This document shows, piece by piece, positions 12,201 to 26,000 of a stretch of DNA of 64,000 nt. A program made the position numbers and the translations under genes. The notes beneath the pieces were generated by a model that had not been told where the DNA came from, searched no databases, and was given only the letters and a program-made list of their open reading frames with translations. Every line of letters begins with the position of its first letter. Within the stretch, counting starts at the first letter, position 1. The DNA comes from Antedon mediterranea (lineage: Eukaryota > Animalia > Echinodermata): positions 36,338,437 to 36,402,436 of the forward strand of contig NC_092672.1 in assembly GCF_964355755.1 (NCBI RefSeq), in the 5' to 3' direction.

Positions 12201-15200
12201 CACATTTCTGGTGACAAGCAAGGAATACTACTGGATTTAAAACAATGTCTATCTAGGGAATTAAAGATTAAAAATATACACACTTTTAGTACATCATACA
12301 CTCTGTACTACAAATCTATTTGTAAATTGCAGCTACATTACAAAATTCATTTATCTAATCACATATTATATAAATATTTAAAAAACAAATCATAAGTTTG
12401 TTTTTAATGTACTCATTTTTTAAGAAAAGCAGAGTATCTTAAAAAATGATGGTACATTAAAAATTTATCTTGTGATTGTTTGATTTTCGTAGTAAACAGT
12501 GCAGATATGAATGTGCAGAACATGTCAGCATGCGTACAAATAAATATATTAAAAAAAATTTGACTTACAAATTCAAAGTGAATATATCAAATAGATGAAC
12601 TATAAATATACTTCTACACAAAAAACTTGTACACAAAATACTGTGACAGTGGAGATCAACAGAGGACATTTTTTGAACAAGTGAAGAATTCTGGAATTTT
12701 TTGGAATGTTTTGGAAAATTCCGGACAATTCGCTGTACAGAAACTGGACAGACCATCTCTTCTACTGTACATGTTTTATTTATAGACTTGTGGACACAAT
12801 GATAGAGCCATACAATATTACCTCATAGCAACAAGAGATGCCGAAATTAAGTCTAGGTGGCCAGCTCTTTCTGGCGAGGCTATGAATTGCATGGCCCGCC
12901 TCAAGATTCAAGAAATTTATTGGTCCACTTTAAAATGGAAATTTGTTTTGCTCTGTTTCCTATTTCTTTGTTTTTTCTTTTCTTTCTCAAAATATTCCTA
13001 TATTTTGGATGAAACCACTGAACAGTCAAACATGAAAAACAGCTAAAAGTACAACTGAAACATGCAAATTGAATAAACAACACTAAAAATGGAAACATTC
13101 AACAAAACAGAAGAAAAACTGTCATTCAATAAAACAAAAATATTGAAAAATGAAACTTCATTATATCATAATAAACATATTTTAACTTTACAAGTGATCA
13201 TGGTGAAAATATTTCAAAATATAATATACAAAAATATAAAATATGTAATTTAAGCAGAAGGAACATACATAATGCATATATACAGGGAATAGTCAGAGAG
13301 GGAACTACAAAGAACAAGCATACAAAATCACAATTATATCGTCAACTATCCTAAAGCTAGCATTATTTAATTATAACCCAAAATATCTTTACACTCTTAA
13401 GCTCTGTCTACACTATCAAACTTTGTGTGACAAAAAAATGTGATGTGCCCTTATATGGACACGATTATGTCATATTACAACCATATTTGGGCATATCACA
13501 CTTTCTTTGTCAAACTAGTTTAATAGTGTAGACAGAGCTTTTGTTTGTGATTTTCTTGAGTTCGTTATCGGAGTTGAGTTGACAGCATCCCTAGCATTAT
13601 TTTAGACTAGTCCTATCATTATACTTCTAAATTTTACATAATTGATTAAAGTCACTATCAAATGTACAGTTTAAAAACTAATAAATAATTTTATTTTACT
13701 TTACAATTAAATCAATTGCAAGACTTCGCTACTGTACTTGGTCACCATGCCAACTATAAAAACATCAATGTTACTTTACAAACAAATATTTATAACAAAT
13801 ATTATCTACACATCAAATTTGTTTCAAATGCCTCAACGTGCTGACTGTCAAAATTGAAAAACACATTAAGTACAGATTCGTTAAAATAAGGGCGCTATTA
13901 CTTCCAAAATTTACTATACACCCGCAGTATTGACATTTTGACCTCATCAACATCAGAAATGTAGTATAGTATAAATTGTACACTTTGAAACAAAGTTTGT
14001 ATTTTAATTTTGGCAGCCAGAAGTTAAAAACATTCAAATGCACGTTTTTTATAATAACATCAAGCAGGTTGATTTACAAACCACTATCATCGAATGTAAT
14101 ATATTTGTATCAACATCAACTGAATAGCAAATCCTATTTAATTATGTCAGTTATTTAAAGATACACAAGATTCAGATGCATAAAATATGTTTACTAATTT
14201 AATAGTTTTGAATACGGTACATTATTACTGTATTGATTTAAAAATAAGTCTACTTACAAATTAAAATGTTTTATTCAAATATAGTGAAAAAAAAAACCTT
14301 GAAAACTAATTGTGCTCTATTATAGTACAGGGGTGTTCTAGGAATTTAAAATGTTTGGAACCAAGCCCTTCTTGAGAGCATGGGCTATTGTCGGTTTATT
14401 CAGGTAAGCTAGGCACGAAATATTCCTAATTAGTAGTACTATATTTATCCTATATTTTTCCTAATTTGGTTTATACTACAGATACATCATGCATAGGTAA
14501 CTACATTACCAATGAAAAAGAGGTTCAAAATCTTATTTAACAACATCTTCTTTTACTAAAACATATTCCATAAAGAATTTTAATGAAAGAATTTTGATTG
14601 AAGAATTCATTACTGGATTAGTTTATCAAACTTCAAAGGGGGTGGGACATTAAATGTTACTCAATTTTCTATATTAAAAATGGGAAATAAATTTTTAATG
14701 TTTTTTTTTAAGGAAATTGAATCTCTTTTCATTAAATCTATCACAAAATCAGTAACTAGCAACGGAAGTACAGAAGGAAAAGCATTTATACTTACAATGC
14801 AGGAAGAATATAGAGATCTCGTGCAATGTCTGGTGCAGATATGTATTACCATAATGTACCTACCTTACGTGCTTTGCTCTGGTACTTTACTGCCTTCTTA
14901 GTGTCAGCAACGGCTGTTGTAACATAGTTGACTGACTGCTCAACATTATATTCAATTAAATCTATCATTTCGCCCTACCAAACCCATGTAAGCAGCCATG
15001 CAGTAAAAAAGAATACAAGAAAAAAAAAACAGAAGACCTGTTAGTTGCGTTATTTCTTTTGTTTTCACTTACCCGTCGAGCTTTGCTTTGATAAATAGTG
15101 GCTTTTTTTGTTTCGATTTTTGCCGTTTCTACGAAATTAACCGATTGCTCTACATTAAACTCTATTTGATCGATCATCTCACCCTATGGAAGCAATATTA

Positions 15201-18200
15201 GTGAGAAGAACGTTTATGAAAGAACACACAAAAGAAAGTGGTGAAAATGATGAAAACTATAGCTGTGACCTCTGACCTGATAGACCTTAAGTGACCTTCG
15301 TCACCTTACCTTACGGGCACTACTTTGATATACAACCGCTTCTTGTAATTGTTGAGTGCCTTCTTTAATATAATCCACTGCATTTAAGACGTTGTTTTCT
15401 ATGCTATCGATCATATCGCCCTAACATCAAGTCAAAAAATCAAGCACATTTTCCATAAAGACAATTTTAAAAATACAACTGCCTCAGAAAAAGATATTCC
15501 ATTAAATGAATTCTTCTGATAATGGCTGGATTATACTGGAGATATCATGATAATGTCTATGACAAGTGCAACAAAGATTTAAATGAAGTGACTGACAATG
15601 AATGAAAGAATATCTGCTGGTCTGTCACAATCCAAGTCTTCAAATAAATTTACTTAAAACAAATACTGCAACAGGATACATGAAGGGTTGCTGACTGCTA
15701 TCAAACCAGAAGAGCAGTAAACTGCTATGCAGATGAAGTGTGCATCTTTAGTTATGAGGTGTAGGAGAGTGGTTATTTAAGATAATCTGAATGAAGATGC
15801 TGTCCGAGCAAGGCAATATAATTAGATTGCCTTGGTCTGAGGAATAAAAACTTTCTCCATTCCCAAATTGTGCTTACTATTTTTTGTATGATATTGTCAT
15901 CCTCAATTGGGGAAATTCAGATTAGGCCTCTACAGACCCACAGCAGCCATAGTTCAGCGACAGGGGCCAAGAAGGACTAGTAAACCAGGGTAACCCGAAA
16001 GATAAACTGGGTTGTTTAAAGCCAGACGGTTTTAAGTCTTAACAAGAAGACTAGTTCTATGACCAGACCTACTGTCAAGGAAAGGCTTAAACATGTGCTG
16101 GTTATATTGCTATGGCTCCTTCTTCTTAACCATTCAGGCAAAATAAATCTACTACTTTTTATGGAGATTGAAGACATGATGATGAAACTGAATTCAAACA
16201 ACATAATGTTTTTAAAGCTTATTATTGTTCATAGCCACTTTCCTTGAAGTATGACCTATAGGTAATGTGAAATTATGATGTGCAAAAACAACTCATAAAA
16301 AACTTTAAAATAATAGTTTTGACAAAAGCCAAAAAACTCTTTAAAAATTGGTACTGTAGGTACACTGCCAAATTTTGAAACAATTGAAATCAGCCGACAT
16401 TATAAAAGAATAATGGAATTTAACTGTAGTAGTAAAACTGTAGATCACCTAAAAATACTGATATCTGAAAAAAAAGTGTTTCTGAAACAAAACAGTTTGT
16501 GACACATGACAATGAACAAAAGTGGTTACATAGTTTATTTACAAATGACATACTGTATGACATCAGATGCAAGTTATAAGCATCAAATTCAAGGCCCAGG
16601 TCATACTTCAAATTGTTTAAACTACAAACAAAATGGGTTGTTTCTGGTTGCATTGGTGCCTCTGAAATAGTACTGTAGGCTAACTATTCAGGCACCTCTG
16701 GCTGTCCATAGTTTTAACTCTAAAGTATGTATGCATTAATGGTGAAAGGGAAACTAAAATTGCTGGTGTACTTTATTTAAAAGATAATGCTTTCATTTCT
16801 CTGCCTTGACATAAAGTTACATTAGCAAGGTCCTCAATGGTACAGTACATACAGTGAATTAAAAAAGCTTACCTGGGTCTCCAAAAGGGTTGCCATGTCC
16901 ATAAACATGTCGTGAAGTTCAGTGATACTTTTCTCAAGTTTAATGATATCGTTATGCCTTGCTTCGATATCCTGTAACGTCTGTTTAGCTTGTTGTGTGT
17001 CCATAATAATCTACAAGAAACATCAGGTCAACGTTTTGTATCCTATTTGGCAAAAGTCGCTATACTATGAATTTGATTATCATTAATTAATCAATAACAT
17101 TTGTATATTTAACTGTCTTCAGATTCAATGAAATCAGAGAATATTAATTACAAGCCTTGTCTACACTATCAAACTTTATGTGACATGACCTGATGGATAT
17201 CACCACCATATTTAAACATATCACCACCATATTTGGGCACATCACACATTTTTTTCAAACTAGTTTGATAGTGTAGACAGAACTTTTGGAGTCATTCTAC
17301 ATGCTGACTCAAGTCTGTAGTATTGTCTTATTTTATGTTAGTCCACCACTTGGCGTTTTGATTTTTGTCTGAAGTATTATACGTATGAAACGCCATATGT
17401 GCCAAAATATTAATCTTTTTATTAATATTAAGTCAAAACACAGTCTAGAAACTAGACTATCATGGTACAGTCTTAGTTGTAGACAACAGCAGTCGCTGTA
17501 CAGTGGCTGCATTCACCTATCAATCCTTTGTCAGGTACATTTATTTATTCTTTCTTCCTTTATTGTCAATAAGGTAATGAAAGCACTCAGGAACTGAGTG
17601 AAGTACTTCGCAAAATATATCAAGGAAAAATATTCAGAGAGAGAGGGCTCTGTACTATTTGTTTGTTTGTTTTATCTTTATACTGGGTGACCTCTTCAGT
17701 CAAAGACTGATCTCCCAGAGGGCCCAGTTGGTGATCAGTGGCTGTGATGTACTAATACACCGGGGTAACCCCCTACTCGTCTCGAAAGATGTACTAGGTT
17801 CTTTAAAGGGCACACGAGCAAGTTGTGTACACTGGACCTACGGTTTATAGTCCTTATCCGAGAAGACTCGTTCTACCACCAGAACCATGGAGTGAGTGAG
17901 CCTCGAACCCCTGCCGATGTTATAGCTACGTGATTACGGTTCCACTGTCTTAACCACTCGGCCACTCACCCACCTTTGGTCCATGTTAAAAGAATACGAT
18001 AATTGACAAAACTTAAGTATGTACTGTAGCTTCCACAGAACAAACAGCATCATTATTATTAATGTAATTTAAAATGTAGGTTTGTATACATACTCCTGAT
18101 GTGAATATTGCTGGGTTACCGGTTTCCAACATGTCCTCCAATTCATCATCTGTAGTCGTCTTGCCGGCTAAAAAGAAAACAATAAATTTTATTGTAAATA

Positions 18201-19650
18201 ATATTTTTATTTATTTCACCTTATTTAGAGGGTAACCCTGAACAGCGTATGCTGACAATCAAGGGGCCCTCTTGATGAGTGTCTGTGTGTGACAGTTGCT
18301 ATGTGTATACTAGTACACCGGGGTAACCCCCTACTCGCCTCGAAAGATGTACTAGGTTCTTTAAAGTGTACATGAGTTAGATGTGTACACTGGACCTACT
18401 GTACGGTTTATAGTCCTTATCAGAGAAGACTCGTTCTTCCTAGCAGAACCATGGAGCGTGTGAGGCTCGAACTTAACGCATGTTAAGAATGTTAAAAAGT
18501 CACTATCCTGTTGGATTTTAACCATACACCATGCAACCCCAGTGGTCTAATGGTAGGTCACACATAAAATAAAATATTGTGTATAAAACAACAGGCTAAT
18601 GAGATATAATAAATAATAATAATAAAATAGAGCATTTAAAAGTAAAATCAATAATAATAAAATAGACTGATTTTCAAATAAATATTATTTATAAAAATGT
18701 AAAAATAGTAATACTGGATAATTTAATAATATTTAATAATAGACATTTCACTTATTATTTTCATTATAATTCTATAAATATTTCCTCGAAACTTAAAATA
18801 ATGCGAACTATCAATATTTTCTTAAGTGCATTAGTCAAATATCGTACATGTTATACGAGGCAAACAAATCTACTGATACAATTAATAGAATTCGTATTGA
18901 CTATCGTGATACACACACCACTAACAGTATTCAATTATACATGAACGTTTCATTGGCTTAAAAGACGCATAGTATAAAGACGAGGTATGAACTGCAATTT
19001 GTCCGACGTCAATATTTATGAGTTTTTTCAAGCGGAAAGAAATCATATGAATTTTTATCATAATCTCATTTACAGACCAGAAAGAGTATATTAGATTCAC
19101 TGGTTTAAATCCATGTTTGAATTAAGTGAATATTTTTGTGTATAAATTCAAAACAATTTTAACTATGTATAGTATAATAAATATTAGATTATTAAGGAAT
19201 TATGGTAGTTGAATATAAAACAATAAAATAGATGTAAAATACAGAGAACAAAGATGTCAGGATTTAAAGTAATAATAATAATAAAATAATGAGGAAGATA
19301 CAATGATGAGGGTGCACTACACATAAGTATGACTACAATATGTATGAAAATGATGTTAATGATTTATTTAATACATTTTTATTTTTCCTAAATAAATTGT
19401 CCTTTTAAAAATATTTGAAGTACTGTACAATGATCTTAAAACTTTAAAACATAAAAATGTCTACAGAAGTTAATGATGATGATGATGATGACAAATTACT
19501 GCTAATAATGATGATGATGATAATGATGATGATGACAAATTACTGCTAATAATAATGATGATGATGATAATGATGATGATGACAAATTACTGCTAGTGCT
19601 AATGATGATAATACTGTAATGATAATGATGATGATGACAAATTACTGCTA

Positions 19651-19681
<31 letters not shown>

Positions 19682-19934
19682 CAAATTACTGCTAATAATG
19701 ATGATGATGATGATGACAAATTAATGCTAATGATGATGATGTTAATGATGATGATGATAACTATGGTGGCGATGATGACGAATCGATGATGATGAAAATG
19801 ATGATGATGAACTGCTGCTAATGATGATGATGATGAATCATCATCATCATTAGCAGCAGTTCATCATCATATTATCAGCAAATCGTCATAATTATCATCA
19901 TCATGACGATTTGCTGATAATGATCATGATAAAT

Positions 19935-20003
<69 letters not shown>

Positions 20004-23000
20004 CAACAACAATTATTAGTACTGTAAGTATGGTGAAAATAAATACTTTTCTTTAAAACAAAATCTTTTAGATTCAATAAAAATAACAGAATCTACAGTA
20101 ATATCAGTATTTCATACAAAATGTCTGCCTGCTAACTATCATTAGACAGAAGTGAGTTAATACATCCAAGCTGTGTTACAACATATTGATTCAATATCTA
20201 TGAATGGACGGCCAGAAGCAATGACCTGCTCATTGTCTTTTTACATTCAACCTATTTTCAACACCAAAAACCCTCAGTCAGTTGCCAGCTGATGTAAATA
20301 GACACAAGTACAAGAGAGAATATTGATTAATATAAAGGAAACATATATTGTAATAGGATGCCACATGATACATTTAAAGGGACAGTTGAATAATATTCTA
20401 CCAGCTGACACAATTAAAGGGACAGTTAATTTAAATATAAGCTGATAATCTTAAAAGGACGCATTTGATTTACCATTAACTGATATACTGATATTTTGAA
20501 ATTAAAGGGACAGATCAATTAAATATACTACATACAAGCTGACACAATTAAAGATGCAGTTAATTTAATCTTAGCTAATAATCTTAAAGGGACGTGTTTG
20601 ATTTACCACAAACTGATATATTCATATTTTGAAATTAAAGGGACAGATCAATTAAATATTCTACTACAGTAGCTGACACAATTAAAGGGGCAGTTAATTT
20701 AAAATAAGCTGATAACCTTTAAGGGACGTGTTTGATTTACCACTAACTGATATACTGACATTTTGAAATTAAAGGGACAGATCAATTAAATATTATAAAA
20801 GCTGACACAATTAAAAGGGCCAGTTAATTTAAAATAAGCTGATAATCTTAAAGGGACGTGTTTGATTTACCAAAATTGAACTGATGCTATGAAATTTAAA
20901 GGGACAAATATACTATAGTACAAGCAGTACTACAGACACAATTAAAGGGACAGGGAATGAAAATGAACATACTTATTTCTAATTGTCGTTGAATTCTTCC
21001 TTTACATCGTTCTCTGTAGTCTGTTTGTGTGCTGTTGTAGTCTGTCATCACCTCAACAAACTTTCTTGACAAAGTTGTGTGCTAAAACAAACAAGAATAT
21101 ATTTTTAATCTAGACACTGTATCTACTTTGTTAACAAATGACAAAACATAGAATATGAGCTTCAGATAATACATTTTTATTTTATACATTTTACTTCAGT
21201 TGCGGGTTTTAATTTTTGACAACCGAGGTCAGGTCATTCTATATGCTGTTGGACGTCGTAAATCAAAACTGTGTCAAGGTGTGGAGCGAGGAAACACAGC
21301 CTAATAAACCCCAAATGTGTACAAAGATTAAAAATGATTTTGTTTGGTCTTCACAAACCTTAAGCTCTGTGTATACACTATCAAACTTACTTTATTTGAC
21401 AAAAAAGTCATATATAACCATGATGATGTCATATCACTACCATATTTGGGCATATCAAACTAGTTTGATAGCTTCCTATAGTATAACATTACCACAACAG
21501 TAGTTGTAGTAATTTTATACATTTTTTTTTTTTATTAAGTTACTGCAGTTAAATTTCAATAGAAGCTGCAGTGATTATACAATTATGGTTTGTCAATATT
21601 TTACTGCAGTGCAGATAATTTACTGCAGTAATGAGATTTACCTGTGTTTTTTGAATTCGGAAATCTGCAGAAGTTTTCTTGCCCTCATTTTCTATACTTT
21701 GCTCCATAACTAAAATTAAAAACAATAATAAATAAAATTGTATTTAAATTCCAATAAATTAATATTCTGTACTGTGGAAACACAATAGTCTCTTATAAAT
21801 CAAGAAATAAAACCCAAAAAAGGTATATTATAGTGCTGAAGTTTTTGATCTAATAAATTTGATTTTCCAAAAGAAAACATGTTATGAATACTATACAGAG
21901 ATCCAGATGAACCTTTATACTAATGTTCGAATTTGATTTGATTTTTAAGAATGAAAGTATTTTAAAATATATAATCCACTGTACTATGACAGTGAAAACT
22001 AGTATATCTACATGTTCATCTATATTAGCCTAATAATGTTTCAAGTAGCCATCGTTCTTGCATGTTAAAATTAAAGACTTGCCGATGACACTGTGCAACT
22101 CATCTAATGTTGCCTGTTTATTAAGACACAAATCAACTTGTTCTATATTTAGCAATCAGCACTCAACAACATTCATTCATGTCAAGAGCTTTTTTCACAG
22201 TTTAAAATGACAGAAGGCAAGTTATTTTATTTATTATTTATTCAGGCAAAAGATACATTTTACAAAATACAAATAATAATACAGGGGTGTTCTAGGAACT
22301 TTTTACTTTCATATCTAAAGCACTCCCTCTGGAGAGAACGGGCTGTTGTCGGTTTATACAGGTAAGCTATGCACGAAATAGAACAACAAATTAAACAAAC
22401 AAAACACAAGGAGAAAATATAAAATCATAGTCACTACTGTAGCTGCCAGGAAAGCACAATAGTAGCCACTGTCACCAATTAGGTGTGTACCGTAACATTT
22501 TTTTCTATTGTCTGACTTAAAGACCCTACAGTATCTCTCACAATGTGAAAGCAAGTTTGTCAGTTGGTAGTCTGTGAGAGTGCCCCTTCCCTACTTACCT
22601 GGATAAACTGACATTAGCCCTTCTCTCTAAAGTGAGCGATACAATATGAAGTAAATACAGGTGTAGTTTACAAAAAGTGAATTGTACATTAAGATGTTTC
22701 TTTGATGTGACTTAGTGCCACTTGCCAACTTACCTGGATAAACCGACATTAGCCCTTCTCTCTGTTTAAGTGAGAGATGCAATATGAAGTAAATACAGGT
22801 GTAGTTTACAAAAAGTGAATTGTACATTAAGATGTTTCTTTGATGTGACTTGTGCCACTAACCTGGATAAACCGACATTAGCCCTTCTCTCCGAAGTGAG
22901 AGATACAATACGTCAAATACATAGTAGTAAATACAGATGTAGTGACTTACTTTTAAGTTCGTGTCTCACTTTGTTGGCACTAGTCTTGATGTCCGCCATC

Positions 23001-26000
23001 AGTTCTTCCATTTCTTCCTTAACTCCTACAGATAAAAAATAAAAATCATTATCATACACATCAAAATCTTCAATCATCAATCAAGAATGGCAACTCTATT
23101 GACATCTTTAAACAGTTGCTAAAAAACCCATCTCTTTCGCATAGCATTAAATGACGTAATTTCCATTTAGTTCGAGCCTTTGGTCTTTATAGAAAAATTA
23201 TTTTGGTTAAGCGCTATACTTCTAACCTGACCCAAGAAAAATACTTATACTTTAACTGATTCAGTCAGTGTTTAATAATAGTCTTCTTCCTCGAGAGAGG
23301 TCTAGAGCATTTATTTCCCAATACTTACTGTAGGCTAGCTCCAATACTTAGGCTAGCCCCAATACTTAGGCTAGCACTAGCAGCCAAAGATATTATAAAC
23401 ATTATACAAAAATTAAATACAATATTAATTAATTTCAAATTAATTATCAGTATCACCGGGTCGAATTTTTGCTTGTTAGTATTAATTCATAATTTCTTTA
23501 CTACTGATTGAACAAAAAAGAAAACAAATTAATGTTACTTTAAAAAATCATTAACATTTCTTATTTAATTAATATCTATATTAAATTCTATTTCAAATTG
23601 AAAACTTAAAATGCATCTGGTGGTTCAATAATTAAAAAAACATAAAAATCATGATTTTATTTTTATTTACTTTTTTCACATGCAGTAAAATTGTTTTTAA
23701 ACGCATGTTTCCTTTGCAATGCACTTAATATACATGTGAATTTCATTTGGGAATTTTGTTCTATTTCATTATAAATATACGCACAACTATAGTTTATAAT
23801 ATGCTATATAAAGGTGTTCATAACCGCATACACCTATCTCTGGACTCTTCCATTACTGAAAAGGGGTTAGTATTTAACTCTTTGATTTGAACTCGGAACC
23901 GATAATTATGTTAACTTGTTTATCTGTTGTTTACTTTATTTTTAATTTAATACAGTAGTTATTAATTTTCCAACAATGTTAGTACTAGTAATAATAAATA
24001 CATTTACTAGGTAAAATCATATTAATAATATCTTGTACTTGTGCAGATATTAAGATATTTGATGGCTGGTGTTGATATTTAAACTTGGTTTGGTTACAAT
24101 TATACAAATACTTTAAATGGAAGAATCCATTTTACAAAATTTGATAAAATAATTTTTTTTAAATGATTTGGCAGTATTCTTTGCACCTGCTAACATGCTT
24201 AATTTCATAAGCAATTGATTGGTAAATTTTGACTTTTATTCAAAGACACCAGCAATTTTATTTCTGGTCCAGTAGCCCTCAGAAGCCCTGTGTTCACCAG
24301 TGTGTTGTGTACAGTATTCTTAACAAAAACAATCTCTCATTGTTTAGAATCTTGTGAAGCAAAATGAATTTTGAAACAAAGAAAGTCAAAAAAAGAGAGT
24401 AATTAATTATTATAAGTTCTGCCTTTTAAATCTATTGTTAATTTGTTTTTTATAATAGAAATGTTAATGTTACAGTACATATTTCATGTCTACTATTAAT
24501 TTATGAAATTTTATTTAAAAAGATTTATTAATTAACGATTAACCCATAGTGGAATAAACTATGCTTTTAATTAAAATTGAATAATTAAAAATTTAAATTT
24601 TCTACATAACAGTATTATTTCTATTCTGCCAATTAATGATTATTTAAGATGATCCCTGGCGGTGTATGTCACTTCTCAATGAATGTTTTGCGTAAAGTTA
24701 TTTCTAAGATGATCCCTGATCCTAGATAGTTGTCAATAAACTCCCTGTGTAATTCTATCCATATTGATAAGAAGAAGTATGTATTGATCATTGGAGCGTA
24801 GCAGATGCGGTTCAAAAGAAAGACTACGGCGTGATTACGCATCATTACGCCAACGTACAGTATCTATGAGTTACAATTCTACCACAGAATCGGAAAATCA
24901 GAATATTATAATATATATACATACAATATATTTAAAAAAAATATTACATTCGAAGAAATTAATGTCAATTTCAATTTTGCTTGTGAGCATTTGACCAAAA
25001 AATTTTCAAAAATATTATAATAATCAAACAATTCTACTGAATCAATTATTTAATTTCATTTCCTCATCACTCTCCCCAACTTCTTTTATTCCATCCACAT
25101 AAACATCAAAAGTATTTTTATTTTATTTTTTTATGATTTTATCTCTCACCACATCATAATCATTAACTCAATGACTACTGTATCAAATTACAACCAAATA
25201 TGTTTATTTATACCGTAATAAATAAAATAAAAAATAAATAAAATAACTATTAAACATTTAATAATTAATAATATTTTAGTAAAGTACTGTAGTTATACTG
25301 ATTTTAAATTGAGGAAATTGGTGTTAAATTTATAAAATTATTTTCAATAGAAAATTTAATGAGAGGAATTGAGAAGAAGACAATGAAACCATTTTCTAGA
25401 TCAAATAAGTGGTTAAATAATTACTGTAATTTATAAATTATAAATAAAAAAATAATAATAATTTTCCGTCACCAACTTGGGTGCTTTTACTTTAAATTGG
25501 AATTGGTTATAATGTCTCGAAATGTCAATATTTTTGTCAATTAAAAATGTTGTATTGAAATGGCTAAAATTATTCATTCAACAAGGCCACTTTACCATTC
25601 CTGTTTGTAATATGTACAAAAATATGTGGTGAATTTGACAATAAGTTGACATAACCGAACAGTGAACAAACTAAACAGTTTTTTTTATTACATTTTAAGA
25701 TTCCACGACTGAATCAGTTGTTTCTATCATGGAATGCTACTGCAAATATCGTATCCTATTATTTGTTAGCAAATCAACATAATACTTTTTTCCTTTTAAT
25801 TATACTGTACACAGAATGTACAGTAGTACTTACTGAATGTACAGTATTATCATTTTCTTATTAATCAATCTCACATACAGTTTTCTAATATTTGTAATAA
25901 AATTATTAATAATTATTAATATCCTAAATTTGTTAGCAAATCAACATAATACTTTTTTCCTTTTAATTATACTGTATATACTTAGTACTGCAAACACTGA

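Noticed and set aside
14864-15420. Exon triplication as an assembly or haplotype artefact
   Set aside because: The three exons are strongly diverged at the nucleotide level and their flanking introns are unrelated, unlike uncollapsed alleles.
17900-17974. Possible tRNA gene
   Set aside because: Box A and B are present but there is no clean cloverleaf, and it continues into a SINE body and tail.
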